From the NCBI GenBank assembly GCA_964509195.1, contig CAZDWJ010000008.1, forward strand, positions 61,190-125,189: a stretch of 64,000 nt of DNA, read 5' to 3'. A program made the position numbers and the translations under genes. Source of the stretch: an uncultured Leptospira sp. GTDB lineage: Bacteria > Spirochaetota > UBA4802 > UB4802. Shown here one piece after another: positions 1 to 9,977 of this stretch. The notes beneath the pieces were generated by a model. That model was not told where the DNA came from and made no database searches. It saw only the letters and a program-made list of their open reading frames with translations. The stretch's first letter is position 1; every line of letters starts with the position of its first letter.

Positions 1-322
1 TTTTTAATATGGCCTTGGTGTTAGCATACACACCAATGCGTTCAATGTGTGGATTTTTGGTTTTAATGTAAGTAAATATATCAAGTAAAGTTTGTGTTGG
101 CAATATAAGGACATCGCCATCGGTTAAGAATACACGTTTGAATCGGTAGCGTGAAGCTTCGTCAATGTCACGCTTAATCTGTTTTATGTCTTTGATATAG
201 AATTTCTGTTCCTTGTAGGTGCCGCAGAACGTGCACATGTTGTGTGAGCATCCTACCGTAACTTGAATTATCATGCTGTATGCTTCTGATGGTGGCCGTA
301 TAATATGCCCTACGTAATCCAT
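1..322 (-). CDS. Radical SAM protein, N-terminal part (gene continues beyond window start)
   Basis: Reverse translation from the ATG at 322 gives MDYVGHIIRPPSEAYSMIIQVTVGCSHNMCTFCGTYKEQ..., with a CxxxCxxC radical-SAM cluster motif (CSHNMCTFC). There is no stop before the window edge. It lies 8 nt downstream of the queE stop in the same orientation. Confidence 0.6.
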   Translation of the reverse strand, partial: MDYVGHIIRPPSEAYSMIIQVTVGCSHNMCTFCGTYKEQKFYIKDIKQIKRDIDEASRYRFKRVFLTDGDVLILPTQTLLDIFTYIKTKNPHIERIGVYANTKAILK

Positions 323-330
323 AGTGTCTC

Positions 331-987
331 CTAAAAATGTTTTGGTTCAGTATCCCACAATAGTTTGTGCAGTTGAATGTTGAGCCTCACCATAATTCTG
401 TCCCTCAGAATATATTCTGCCAGAGTGTGTGGATTCATAACATTTGCAACTGGCGAAAAATTTATCACGCAGGGAATATTTTTCAAGTACTTCCCTATAA
501 ATTCCTTAGAATAATTATAGTCATTGTCATCAGCAATCACAAATTTTATTTCATCGTGTGGTTGCAGAAGGGGAATATTGGAAAAATTAAATGAATCTGC
601 ATAGCCGCTTGAAGGTGTTTTAATATCAATAATTTTGTGGACGTGTGGTGGCACCTGTGCAATTGAAATACTCCCGTTTGTTTCAAGCTGCAGGGGGTAG
701 TTTTTTTGGGATAGAATATCCAGTAGCAGAAATGTCTCTTCCTGCAGCAATGGTTCACCACCGGTAATTGTGATGTGATGAAGTGAAGGATAAGTGTGTA
801 TGGTTTTAACGATCTGGGTGATAGTTACCGGAGATCCGTCTCGTGCATAGGGAGTATCGCACCACCTGCAGTTGAGATTGCAGCCAGCAAGCCGTATGAA
901 GAGTGAGGGGAAACCAGTGCGGGTTGTTTCGCCCTGCAGGGAATAAAAGATCTCATTGACGCACAGGGTAGTGTTAAATGTGTTCAT
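331..987 (-). CDS. queE: 7-carboxy-7-deazaguanine synthase QueE (radical SAM)
   Basis: 218 aa. It has a CNLNCRWCDT CxxxCxxC motif and an N-terminal FYSLQGE signature typical of QueE, and the size fits. Confidence 0.8.
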   Translation of the reverse strand: MNTFNTTLCVNEIFYSLQGETTRTGFPSLFIRLAGCNLNCRWCDTPYARDGSPVTITQIVKTIHTYPSLHHITITGGEPLLQEETFLLLDILSQKNYPLQLETNGSISIAQVPPHVHKIIDIKTPSSGYADSFNFSNIPLLQPHDEIKFVIADDNDYNYSKEFIGKYLKNIPCVINFSPVANVMNPHTLAEYILRDRIMVRLNIQLHKLLWDTEPKHF

Positions 988-1307
988 ACAATACTATGCT
1001 ATTATGCCTAAGATGTATTATATCACTAACTGTCGCACATAATAAAGTGCGTTTGAAAATATTCAATAATAAAAATAAGGACACTTCTAAAAACTAAATT
1101 TTAAGAATATTCCTATGAGGACACATAAATGACTAAAAATTGCTTTTTATTGTACATTTTTTAGGATAAAGCAGTTTTTAATTGTGCCCATAAGCTATTA
1201 ATTGATTTACAATAAAAAATGGTTGAAATAGAATTGCAAAAATCTGAAAGTAAATGCATATTCTGAAAGTATACAAATGAAATTTATTATCATGAGGTGT
1301 TAAAAAT

Positions 1308-1733
1308 ATGGCAGGTAAAAGTGATAGCATGAACAGTACTATTGGGGAAGGTTCTGTATTTGAAGGCAAGTTTTACATCAGCGGGTCTCTGCGAATTGAT
1401 GGGAAATTTGAAGGTGAGATAAAGACAGATGAGGAGCTGGTAGTTGGCGAAACTGGCAAGGTTAAAACAAATATTCATGCCAAGAATGTTGTTGTTGCTG
1501 GCACGGTGATTGGGAATATTATTGCTGATGAAGAAGTGAAACTTCTGGAAACTGCGAAGGTGTTAGGTGATATAGAAACGCCCATCCTTACAGTGCAGCG
1601 AGGAGTGGTAGCCCATGGCATGGTGACCATTACCGGCGGTCAGAAGAAGGATGTCAAAAAGCTTATAGAAGAATCGTATGCCGGAACACCACAAACACAG
1701 GGGTTGTTTGGCAAAAAAGGGTCGGATAAATGA
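1308..1733 (+). CDS. Bactofilin family cytoskeletal protein
   Basis: 141 aa. Repetitive beta-helical bactofilin pattern (GSLRIDGKFEGEI...VVVAGTVIGNI...). A GAGGTG RBS lies 8 nt upstream. Confidence 0.8.
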   Translation: MAGKSDSMNSTIGEGSVFEGKFYISGSLRIDGKFEGEIKTDEELVVGETGKVKTNIHAKNVVVAGTVIGNIIADEEVKLLETAKVLGDIETPILTVQRGVVAHGMVTITGGQKKDVKKLIEESYAGTPQTQGLFGKKGSDK

Positions 1734-1764
1734 TTAATGATCTTGCTATGCCGATAATTACACT

Positions 1765-2772
1765 ATGAAACACTGGCAATTACATACAAATTCTTTTGGT
1801 AATCTCAGTATAACAATTTTATCAGCTGAGATTATTATAATCTACAGAGGTAAAAAAAACACTTTTATTAAAAGTGTACAATTAAAAAAAATTAAACGCG
1901 TAGCTGTAGCATGTGGAGCTATATGCGGGGCAATGGTTTTGCTGGCAGGAATGGTAGGCTTTAATGATGTGTTTAAATCAGAAGCTGCATGGTATGATGA
2001 GATAAAGAAAAAAGCAATCGCAACTAAAGAATTTGAGGAACCTGATAAAAAACCTGTATTAAAGATTGTAACGCATACCGTAAAACCTGGCGAAACTTTG
2101 AGTGAGATTGCGCGAATGTATGGTGTTTCAATGGATACAATCTGTGGATGTAATAAGTTAGAGTCATATGAGCTTGTACACGTGGGGCAGGTGTTAAAAA
2201 TACCAAATAAAGACGGTTTACTTGTGAGAGGACAGCGTGGACAGACACTGCAGATGCTTGCTAAAAAGTATAATGTGGCAATTAATAAAATCATTGAAGA
2301 AAATTCAATTGCTAATCCTGATTTTATTAATATAGGACAGGATATTTTTATTCCTGATGCAAAACCACTGGATATTTTTAAAGGCTTTTTATGGCCTGTG
2401 AAAACAAAAAGTGTAACAAGCGGGTATGGGTGGCGAAAAGATCCTTTCTATGGTGAAAACCAGTTCCACCAAGGTATAGATGTAAGAGCACATTATGAGT
2501 GGGTTCGTGCAAGCAAGTATGGAAGGGTAAGCTATGCAGGGTGGCTTGGTGGGTATGGTAAAGTTGTTGTGGTAACGCATCCTGGGGGGGATAAAACATT
2601 ATATGGCCATCTTTCTAAAATAGTTGTTCGTGAGGGGCAATACGTAAAACAGGGTCAGATTATTGCAAAAAGTGGCAACACTGGTAACTCAACAGGTCCA
2701 CATCTTCACTTTGAGATTATCCGTAAGGGACAGCACATTAACCCTTATGCCGAATTAAAAAAGAAACATTGA
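1765..2772 (+). CDS. LysM-domain M23 family metallopeptidase (peptidoglycan hydrolase)
   Basis: Two LysM-like segments (YGVSMDTICGCNKLESYELVHVGQVLKIP; KKYNVAINKIIEENSIANPDFINIGQDIFIP). The C-terminal M23 signature is HQGIDV...GNSTGPHLHFEI. The start codon is uncertain; there is an internal TM/signal-like segment. Confidence 0.8.
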   Translation: MKHWQLHTNSFGNLSITILSAEIIIIYRGKKNTFIKSVQLKKIKRVAVACGAICGAMVLLAGMVGFNDVFKSEAAWYDEIKKKAIATKEFEEPDKKPVLKIVTHTVKPGETLSEIARMYGVSMDTICGCNKLESYELVHVGQVLKIPNKDGLLVRGQRGQTLQMLAKKYNVAINKIIEENSIANPDFINIGQDIFIPDAKPLDIFKGFLWPVKTKSVTSGYGWRKDPFYGENQFHQGIDVRAHYEWVRASKYGRVSYAGWLGGYGKVVVVTHPGGDKTLYGHLSKIVVREGQYVKQGQIIAKSGNTGNSTGPHLHFEIIRKGQHINPYAELKKKH

Positions 2773-2810
2773 GTATATAACAAATAATAATTCATTGACA
2801 GGACGTGAAT

Positions 2811-4883
2811 ATGGCAAAGCTTAATTTTGTATGCGAAATTGGTACCGAAGAAATACCTGCAGGGTACATCCCGCCGGCTATTGAGCAGGTAGAAAAAATT
2901 ATTACTGATAATTTACAATCATATCGTGTTGCATTTAGTGCATGCAATGTATTTGCAACACCACGCCGAATTGCAATTCTAGTATATGATATGGCTGCAA
3001 CTCAATCAGAAGATTATGAAGAACTCAAAGGGCCTTCTGTGAAAGCGGCATACGATGATAAAGGAAATCCCACAAAGGCATTAACAGGTTTTCTTGAGGG
3101 TAATAAAATTAAACTGGAAGATACCTATATACATAATACAAATAAGGGTGATTATATCTATGCTAAGCGTAAGGTAGAAGCAAAGCCAACCACAGAAATC
3201 ATCCCCAAACTTATTGAAAAGATACTACTGGAAGTAAATTTCCCCAAACGGATGCGTTGGAATGTGAAGCGCGTATCCTTCCCACGACCTGTCAATTACC
3301 TTTGTGTGCTTTTCAATGATGCGGTAGTGCCGTATGTAATTGATGGTATTGCATTTGATAATAAGGTGCGTGGGCATTACATACAACACAATACCATGAT
3401 ACCACTTTCACGATGTGAAGACTACATCCCGGTACTGGAAGAAAATGGCGTCATAGTAGATCAAGCTAAACGAAAGGCCATGATACATCAGCAATTGCAA
3501 CAGGCGGCTAAAGCATTGAATGGTATTCTTGTTGAAGATGAAGACCTGCTTGACACTGTAACTTTTTTAACTGAGTATCCATACGTGGTGACCTGCAGCT
3601 TTGATGAATCATTCCTAGCAATACCGGATATAGTACTCATTACTGAGATGAAAGAACATCAGAAATATTTTGCGGTGCGCGATAGCACCGGCGCTCTTTT
3701 GCCAAAATTTTTAGTAGTTTCAAATAATCCTCCCACAGAGCACATCGTTAAAGGGAATCAGCGAGTGATACGGGCACGTTTTACCGATGCGCGCTTTTTC
3801 TTTGAGGAAGACCGGAAAATACCACTGGCGGGCAGAGTGGATATGCTCAAAAGCATACTCTTTCACAAGGAGTTGGGTTCCATCTACGATAAAGTTGAAA
3901 GGATGCAAAAGATAGCAAACGTTATCTGTAATGAACTATCGACCGATACACAAACCACTCAGAAGATACAGCGTGCAGTGATGTTAACTAAAACCGACCT
4001 CACCACTGCACTGGTGTTTGAGTTTACATCACTGCAGGGACAGATTGGCAGGATATATGCGCTGCTTGATGGTGAGTATGCTGAAGTGGCAGATGCAATT
4101 GATTTTCAGTACAGACCCCGTTTCCATGGTGATGTACTCCCGGAACATATAGTGAGTATAGTAGTATCGCTGGCTGAAAAAATTGATAATATATTTGGTT
4201 CATTTTCGGTTGGCAATATCCCAAAGGGTTCAGCCGATCCTTATGCACTGCGCAGACAGGCCGCAGCAATCGTGGATATGCTGGTTGAACGTAAAATCCA
4301 TTTAGATCTTGCAAAGGTGTACAATGCCATTGCTGGTCAGTACAACAATGGAGAAAAGTTAGTAGAGCAGATACTGGATTTCATTAATGGCAGGGCAAAG
4401 ACATTTTTATACCAAATGCAGTTTGCCTTTGACGAGGTCAATGCATGCCTTGCAGTTGGTTGTTATGATTTCTATGAGCTGTATCTCAGGGCACAGAGCA
4501 TTCATGAATTCAGGAAGGATAAACGGTTTGGCGATTTACTTATTGCATTCAAACGCATGAATAATATTGTAAATGCCTTTGTGAAGAAAAATCCAGGTTA
4601 TTTATTTACGTTTAATCCCGAGGCACTGCTGGTTGATGAGGAAAAGAGATTATATCGCTTTTTCCATGAAAAAGAAAAAACAATAAAAGAATATATTGCA
4701 GCAAATAAATATAAAGAGTTGTTCCTTTTACTTATTGAGGGCAAAGAAGTTATCGACACATATTTTGATAAGGTAATGGTTATGGATAGCAATACAGCTG
4801 TTCGTGACAACAGGCTTGGGATGTTGCACTATATTCTGACATTGTTTACAACGCTGATTGATTTTTCTCAGATTCAGGAGTAG
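2811..4883 (+). CDS. glyS: Glycine--tRNA ligase beta subunit
   Basis: The N-terminus MAKLNFVCEIGTEEIPAGYIPPAIEQ is canonical for GlyS and the length is about 690 aa. ATG at 2811 is preferred over the GTG at 2805 used by the ORF track. Confidence 0.9.
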   Translation: MAKLNFVCEIGTEEIPAGYIPPAIEQVEKIITDNLQSYRVAFSACNVFATPRRIAILVYDMAATQSEDYEELKGPSVKAAYDDKGNPTKALTGFLEGNKIKLEDTYIHNTNKGDYIYAKRKVEAKPTTEIIPKLIEKILLEVNFPKRMRWNVKRVSFPRPVNYLCVLFNDAVVPYVIDGIAFDNKVRGHYIQHNTMIPLSRCEDYIPVLEENGVIVDQAKRKAMIHQQLQQAAKALNGILVEDEDLLDTVTFLTEYPYVVTCSFDESFLAIPDIVLITEMKEHQKYFAVRDSTGALLPKFLVVSNNPPTEHIVKGNQRVIRARFTDARFFFEEDRKIPLAGRVDMLKSILFHKELGSIYDKVERMQKIANVICNELSTDTQTTQKIQRAVMLTKTDLTTALVFEFTSLQGQIGRIYALLDGEYAEVADAIDFQYRPRFHGDVLPEHIVSIVVSLAEKIDNIFGSFSVGNIPKGSADPYALRRQAAAIVDMLVERKIHLDLAKVYNAIAGQYNNGEKLVEQILDFINGRAKTFLYQMQFAFDEVNACLAVGCYDFYELYLRAQSIHEFRKDKRFGDLLIAFKRMNNIVNAFVKKNPGYLFTFNPEALLVDEEKRLYRFFHEKEKTIKEYIAANKYKELFLLLIEGKEVIDTYFDKVMVMDSNTAVRDNRLGMLHYILTLFTTLIDFSQIQE

Positions 4884-4886
4884 GAT

Positions 4887-5552
4887 ATGAAAGTGTGTGA
4901 TGGAGTGTATGCATATATATGGCGTGGTGTATTTGAAAACAACTGCAATACATTTTATTTCAGTGAGCCTTTCAACATGTTCATAGATCCGGGGCTTGCC
5001 AAATATGTAGATATGCGCTTTGCGGATATGAAAAAAGATAGAATAGATACTGATGCTATTAGGCATGTAGTGGCCACACACTCACATCCTGATCATTTTG
5101 AGGGCTGCCATCAGTTTATGGGCAACGGCCCTAAAGTGGCAATGCATAAAGAGGAAATAGCGTTTTTAAATGAAGTTGGCCCACAGTTTTTTGCCATGTT
5201 TGGAATGAAGTTCCCAAAGTTTACTTTTGATATTGAGTTGCAAGAAGGACCATGGAAAATTGGCAATGAAGTGTTGCATGTGTACAAAACTCCAGGGCAT
5301 TCACCAGGTTCTGTATGTTTGTACTGGGAATCAAAAAAGGTGCTTGTGTGTGGCGACCTGATATTTAAGGAAAGTGTAGGCAGAACCGATTTCCCTGGAG
5401 GCAGCAGCAAGCTGCTTAAGGAAAGCATACAGCGCATGAGGGAACTGGATATTGAATACTTGCTGCCGGGGCATATGGATATAGTGGTTGGAAAAAACAA
5501 CATTAAAAAGAATTTTGAGCTAATAGAAAAATATATATTTCCGATGCTGTGA
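4887..5552 (+). CDS. MBL-fold metallo-hydrolase
   Basis: HSHPDH metal-binding motif (HxHxDH) and an AGGAG RBS. 221 aa. Confidence 0.75.
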   Translation: MKVCDGVYAYIWRGVFENNCNTFYFSEPFNMFIDPGLAKYVDMRFADMKKDRIDTDAIRHVVATHSHPDHFEGCHQFMGNGPKVAMHKEEIAFLNEVGPQFFAMFGMKFPKFTFDIELQEGPWKIGNEVLHVYKTPGHSPGSVCLYWESKKVLVCGDLIFKESVGRTDFPGGSSKLLKESIQRMRELDIEYLLPGHMDIVVGKNNIKKNFELIEKYIFPML

Positions 5553-6884
5553 TTACAAAGTCATCCGTGCTTTTTTGGATTGGCTATTCCAGAAAAGTTT
5601 GAATGTGCGCCTGGTTATAGATGTTGGTGCTGCTTTCAATTCTCTGTCCCAGCGTTCATGAAGTTCTAAAACTTTTTCCACACATTGCTTTGAAAAATCA
5701 AAATATTTTTGATTGCTGGATGATTTCTTTTTGTGTAATTCATTATCTTTTCTAATAAATTCATCTTCCAGTTCAAGTATAGTTGGGGCGATAGCTCTCA
5801 TAAAATAATCCCATTTGAAAATAGCCTGCCGGTGAATTCTTTCGTGCATCCACCAGTAGACATCAGGAGAATAGGTGCTTGTTTCATTAGCAGGTAGATA
5901 ATCTATTTCTTTTCCTATAAGGTAAAATGGCATGAAGACACTTGTACACGTACCTGAAGAGCCTGTTGCCCAGAAGACAGGAGTATCTTTGCGTAAATGA
6001 GCGACAAACGCAGCAACTGACTGGCTTGGCCGCGTTGGAGAAAGTGAGGCATGCATACATACGGTTCCCATATCAGTTTTATCGGGAGAAAGGTATTCAT
6101 GGTCACTTCCATGGTCACGCAAAAGTTGAAACATGGTTTGCGGCGTTATGGTACCAGAATAACGCAGTGCACAGCTTGTAGTTCGCGATTGCCTAACAGA
6201 ACATTTTGAAAAGTATGTGTAAAACCAGTCAGAGAAGCATTCTTTGAAGTTAAAGGGCTTGCCTTTTTTTAAGTATCCCTTTTTACGTGCATAATCTTCA
6301 ATGCCTTTAGATGAATAGTCAAATTCTTCACCTATTGTCAATCCATTGGAAATACTGCGAATGCCATCTACTTTTATAGCAACCCAGTGTTTGTTTGCAG
6401 TTTCAAGAACGTATGCTTCTTTTGTATCAGCAAAAATGAAAGAGTTATGATAATACAATGTATGTGCCATGCCGGCATTCCCACCCTGGCCATAATGCTG
6501 GATAAGTTCAGTAGAAAGCATTAATGCATCGTATGCTGTTTTACAACGCTCTAACGCAAGGCGCATAATATCCATTCCAAGCAATCCAGTTTTTTCATAG
6601 GGTTCTTTTGTGAATACTGCTTCATTGCCAATGGCAAGTCCGTATTCATTTGCTCCCATTTCGCAGCCCCACATCCAGAATGGAGTGGAGATTAATATCT
6701 CATGAGTTGTTTTAACCTGTGGTATGGAGATATAGGTGCACTGTACGGTGGTATCGTTGCCCCAGTTACGTTTAGCAATATATTTTAACAACTGGGCTTC
6801 GTTAGCTTCTCGGTCACTGTTTTTTGCCAGTATTACACTTCCATCAGCGGTTGCTTTACCAGTTGCAACAATGGTATCACACAT
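5553..6884 (-). CDS. Peptidase C69 family dipeptidase (Ntn-hydrolase, N-terminal Cys nucleophile)
   Basis: Begins MCDTIVATGKATADGSVILAKNSDRE, matching the C69 dipeptidase N-terminus (Met-Cys nucleophile). 443 aa. AAGGGG RBS. Confidence 0.6.
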   Translation of the reverse strand: MCDTIVATGKATADGSVILAKNSDREANEAQLLKYIAKRNWGNDTTVQCTYISIPQVKTTHEILISTPFWMWGCEMGANEYGLAIGNEAVFTKEPYEKTGLLGMDIMRLALERCKTAYDALMLSTELIQHYGQGGNAGMAHTLYYHNSFIFADTKEAYVLETANKHWVAIKVDGIRSISNGLTIGEEFDYSSKGIEDYARKKGYLKKGKPFNFKECFSDWFYTYFSKCSVRQSRTTSCALRYSGTITPQTMFQLLRDHGSDHEYLSPDKTDMGTVCMHASLSPTRPSQSVAAFVAHLRKDTPVFWATGSSGTCTSVFMPFYLIGKEIDYLPANETSTYSPDVYWWMHERIHRQAIFKWDYFMRAIAPTILELEDEFIRKDNELHKKKSSSNQKYFDFSKQCVEKVLELHERWDRELKAAPTSITRRTFKLFWNSQSKKARMTL

Positions 6885-6982
6885 AGTATTCCCCTTATAG
6901 TAAATATATTTATTATTTTGATTTTATAACACTCTTGAATAAAAGTCAAAAGAATTTTTAGGTTAATGAGTGTATACAGGAA

Positions 6983-7015
6983 TATACCCCACCTTGTTTG
7001 GCAGTGGGGTATATA
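6983..7015. terminator. Strong 11-bp hairpin between the antiporter 3' end and the C69 promoter region
   Basis: ATATACCCCAC-CTTGTTTGGCA-GTGGGGTATAT. There is no clean U-tract on either strand. Confidence 0.4.
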
Positions 7016-7025
7016 CTATAATAAT

Positions 7026-8237
7026 TTAATGATTATTATTAACACCATTCAATCCATCTAATTGTGGAATTTCCTCATCAGCCATAGGTGCTTCAAGCAG
7101 GTGTTCTGGCAAAAAGAATGTGTTTGCGATAAGAGTAGGAACAACAGCACTGGTAATAACAGCTGCTATAAGGAAAGAATACTGTGCTTGATCAATTATA
7201 TTGTGAGTTAGTCCAAATAATGCTGCGATTGAACCAAATGTGAGCCCAGTTGACATAAGCAAGGTGTAGTACCAGCGCTCTTTTGTACTTTCTTTGAAAA
7301 TTCCTATTATTGGATAAAGCCCAAATATTTTTGTGATAACCTTTCCACCAAAAAGAATTATAAATGGTAAAGGTGCCAAAAAAATTGCCGGTAAACTTAC
7401 TAAAAAGCCAGCACGTAAGAAATAAATTGGTGTTAAAAATCCTATAGTCAATGTTCGTAATCGGCGCATGAAAAATTCATCTTTTGCAACACTTGAAGCA
7501 AGGACCATCCCTAATATATAGGCGGGAAGTACAGCCTCACTTCCTGACCATAGTGCTAATGCACCTAATGCAAATAACACAAACAAAATCCACTTGGTTC
7601 TGATAGCTGCGGTTCGGTGGCCATAGATTTTTGTTAGCCGCGCAGTTATTGCCGGCATTGCAAAGAAGGTAACTATCGACACTATTATAAAAATAATTGT
7701 TTTGTAGGTAAATGGAGAAAAGATGATGCCAAGTGCAATCACCGTCCCCAAATCATTGACAAAACAAGCTCCTAAGATCCCTTTACCGTACTTTGTTTTG
7801 TTAAATCCATATTCAATCATTACAGCATACACAACAGCCATTGATGTTGTTGACAGGGCTACACCAGCAAGCAAACTTGATTCAAAATTCCAGCCTAAAA
7901 GATAGTATGCAATTAATGCACTTCCAACAAAAGGTGACAGAAAGCCAATAAAGCCAACGACTGTTACTTCTTTGAATGTATCCCTGATAGTGTGGTAGTC
8001 AAGTTCAGCGCCCGCTAAAAACGTCAGCACCACAGCACCCGTGCTGGCAATAAATTTTATCCAGTCAGAATTTGCCTGCATAAAATCGGGATTAAAATAT
8101 TTTGCAAATAGTAAACCTGCTATCGCACCAACAGTTATTTCCATAAGTGCCATTGAAATTTTTAAACGGTTAGCCAATATAGTAGAAATTACAGCAAGGC
8201 CAAGCCATACTGATGCTACTACAAACATAGTAAGCAT
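7026..8237 (-). CDS. Cation:proton antiporter (CPA family) membrane protein
   Basis: About 400 aa polytopic membrane protein with Na+/H+ exchanger-like TM pattern. Start placed at the second ATG (MLTMF...), which has a GGAGGA RBS 5 nt upstream. The ORF track starts 12 nt earlier at 8249. Confidence 0.6.
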   Translation of the reverse strand: MLTMFVVASVWLGLAVISTILANRLKISMALMEITVGAIAGLLFAKYFNPDFMQANSDWIKFIASTGAVVLTFLAGAELDYHTIRDTFKEVTVVGFIGFLSPFVGSALIAYYLLGWNFESSLLAGVALSTTSMAVVYAVMIEYGFNKTKYGKGILGACFVNDLGTVIALGIIFSPFTYKTIIFIIVSIVTFFAMPAITARLTKIYGHRTAAIRTKWILFVLFALGALALWSGSEAVLPAYILGMVLASSVAKDEFFMRRLRTLTIGFLTPIYFLRAGFLVSLPAIFLAPLPFIILFGGKVITKIFGLYPIIGIFKESTKERWYYTLLMSTGLTFGSIAALFGLTHNIIDQAQYSFLIAAVITSAVVPTLIANTFFLPEHLLEAPMADEEIPQLDGLNGVNNNH

Positions 8238-8277
8238 AACATCCTCCATACATAATTAGTAAAATTTTGGCGCAGGT

Positions 8278-8308
8278 AAAAATAAGAAACCTACTGCCAT
8301 GCAGTAGG
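8278..8308 (-). terminator. Rho-independent terminator downstream of the serine-hydrolase gene
   Basis: Perfect palindrome CCTACTGCCATGCAGTAGG (8290-8308), followed on the minus strand by UUUCUUAUUUU. A second hairpin, CTGTTACAGATGGTAACAG, lies at 8369-8387. Confidence 0.6.
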
Positions 8309-8427
8309 AGCCATCAGCCGGAAGGCATTCAACGGGGGACCCCATCCCCAGTTATAGTAGTGCAGCAACTGTTACAGATGGTAACAGTAAAAAGAATAGC
8401 ACTTTTGTCAATAGAATAAAAAATAAT

Positions 8428-9939
8428 TTATGTAGTGCTAGTTTTTTCTGGTATAAAGAAAAATGCCAGCAATACTACCCCGCAAAATGTCAGATAATAC
8501 CCTGCCCATACTGAAGCCTCCGGAAATACGGAAGTAATAAAAAGATAATCCTGATTAATTGCCCACAGTAGAAATAAAAATAGGAAAATTCCTGTAACAA
8601 GCTGCAGAATCTGGAAGATGGAATATTTTTTTTGAATGAGTTTGAATTCACGAATTTTTAATAGTAGTCCTGTTACTAAACGATAAACCTGTAATAGCAG
8701 TGTTATAAATGCAACATACAGTATAACCCATAATGCATATTCTGCATATATAATTTTACTCATCCCAATGGTATCAAACCCAATCCATTTTGACCAATCA
8801 TTAAGGATATACGCAAAGAATGGCCAGCTTCGTTGACTGTTGGTTACTAGTACAATACCGTCACCAGTTTCAGGTAGTGAATGAAAGTGTGTCATCCACC
8901 CAGTTCCCTGGCCGCCATGTGATACAGCTTTTTTATTGTTTTTTGAAAATTCAATAAAATGCCCAAATCCATACCAGGGAAACGCAAAACCATACAAGCC
9001 TGGTATTTTTATAGTAGGCTGATACATTTTGTGAATAAATTCATTGCTCATTATTTTTAAGCCGATGGTATTGTACTTTGTCGTACCCGCAGTCACAAAC
9101 AGTGCAATATCCTCAACAGTTGAAAATAACCCGCCAGCTCCTTTTTCCGGATATACATACTCGGGGATTGCTGTTCCATTAAGAGTATATCCTTTGGGGA
9201 ATGGGGTATAGTTGTTATTCCATTTATAGCTTGAATGTTTCATGCCTAAATTGTTTAAAACCTCTTTTTGCATAAAATCAGCAAAGGGCTGTTTTGTTAC
9301 TTCTTCTATAAGCAATTCAAGCAGATTAAATCCCGTATTGGAATATGAAAAAATTGAACCCGCTGGTGCTATCATAATTGCATCTTTATAAAGACTTTCT
9401 TTTAGTGTTGGTCGTGCTTCCTCTGGAGAATAACGTACTCCAATAGTACCAAGAGGCAGGCCTGCACTGTGGCTCAATAATTGTCGTATAGTTATTTTTT
9501 CAGGGTGGTATGCTGAAGGTGGAAATTCCCATGTTTTAAAATATTTTGCAACTGGTTCATCTAAATTTATTTTACCGTTATATGCTAATCTCATTACGCC
9601 CCATGTGGTTACTGATTTTGAAATTGATTCAACGCGGCATATTGTTCCTACTTTCATAGGGATTTTTTTTTCTTTGTCAGCATATCCGTATGCGTTTGAC
9701 CATATTATTTTTCCTTGCTTGATGATCGCAATATTCACTCCAGGAATCTTATATTTTCTCATTAGAAATTTCACCCGATGATCAAGGTGGTGAATGAAAT
9801 TTTTTTCAGTTGTATATGATGTTATATGGGGGGAAGTAATCAGATAAAAATTATTTAAAAATATATATACTGCAAGTAGTATTGAAAATGTTATTATCGA
9901 AAACAATGCTAGTGCTCTTTTTTTTATGTGATAGTTCAT
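8428..9939 (-). CDS. Serine hydrolase (beta-lactamase/PBP fold) with C-terminal multi-TM domain
   Basis: N-terminal TM anchor, SxxK active-site motif (SISKSVT), then four predicted TM helices at the C-terminus. Confidence 0.6.
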   Translation of the reverse strand: MNYHIKKRALALFSIITFSILLAVYIFLNNFYLITSPHITSYTTEKNFIHHLDHRVKFLMRKYKIPGVNIAIIKQGKIIWSNAYGYADKEKKIPMKVGTICRVESISKSVTTWGVMRLAYNGKINLDEPVAKYFKTWEFPPSAYHPEKITIRQLLSHSAGLPLGTIGVRYSPEEARPTLKESLYKDAIMIAPAGSIFSYSNTGFNLLELLIEEVTKQPFADFMQKEVLNNLGMKHSSYKWNNNYTPFPKGYTLNGTAIPEYVYPEKGAGGLFSTVEDIALFVTAGTTKYNTIGLKIMSNEFIHKMYQPTIKIPGLYGFAFPWYGFGHFIEFSKNNKKAVSHGGQGTGWMTHFHSLPETGDGIVLVTNSQRSWPFFAYILNDWSKWIGFDTIGMSKIIYAEYALWVILYVAFITLLLQVYRLVTGLLLKIREFKLIQKKYSIFQILQLVTGIFLFLFLLWAINQDYLFITSVFPEASVWAGYYLTFCGVVLLAFFFIPEKTSTT

Positions 9940-9977
9940 GATGACACAGTCCCCCTTTCTATTATTTGCTATAGTGT

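Noticed and set aside
988-1307. Searched for a preQ1 riboswitch upstream of queE
   Set aside because: Only a simple CGCAC-N8-GTGCG hairpin and a TGATATAAT -10 box were seen. No preQ1-I or preQ1-II aptamer consensus was found.
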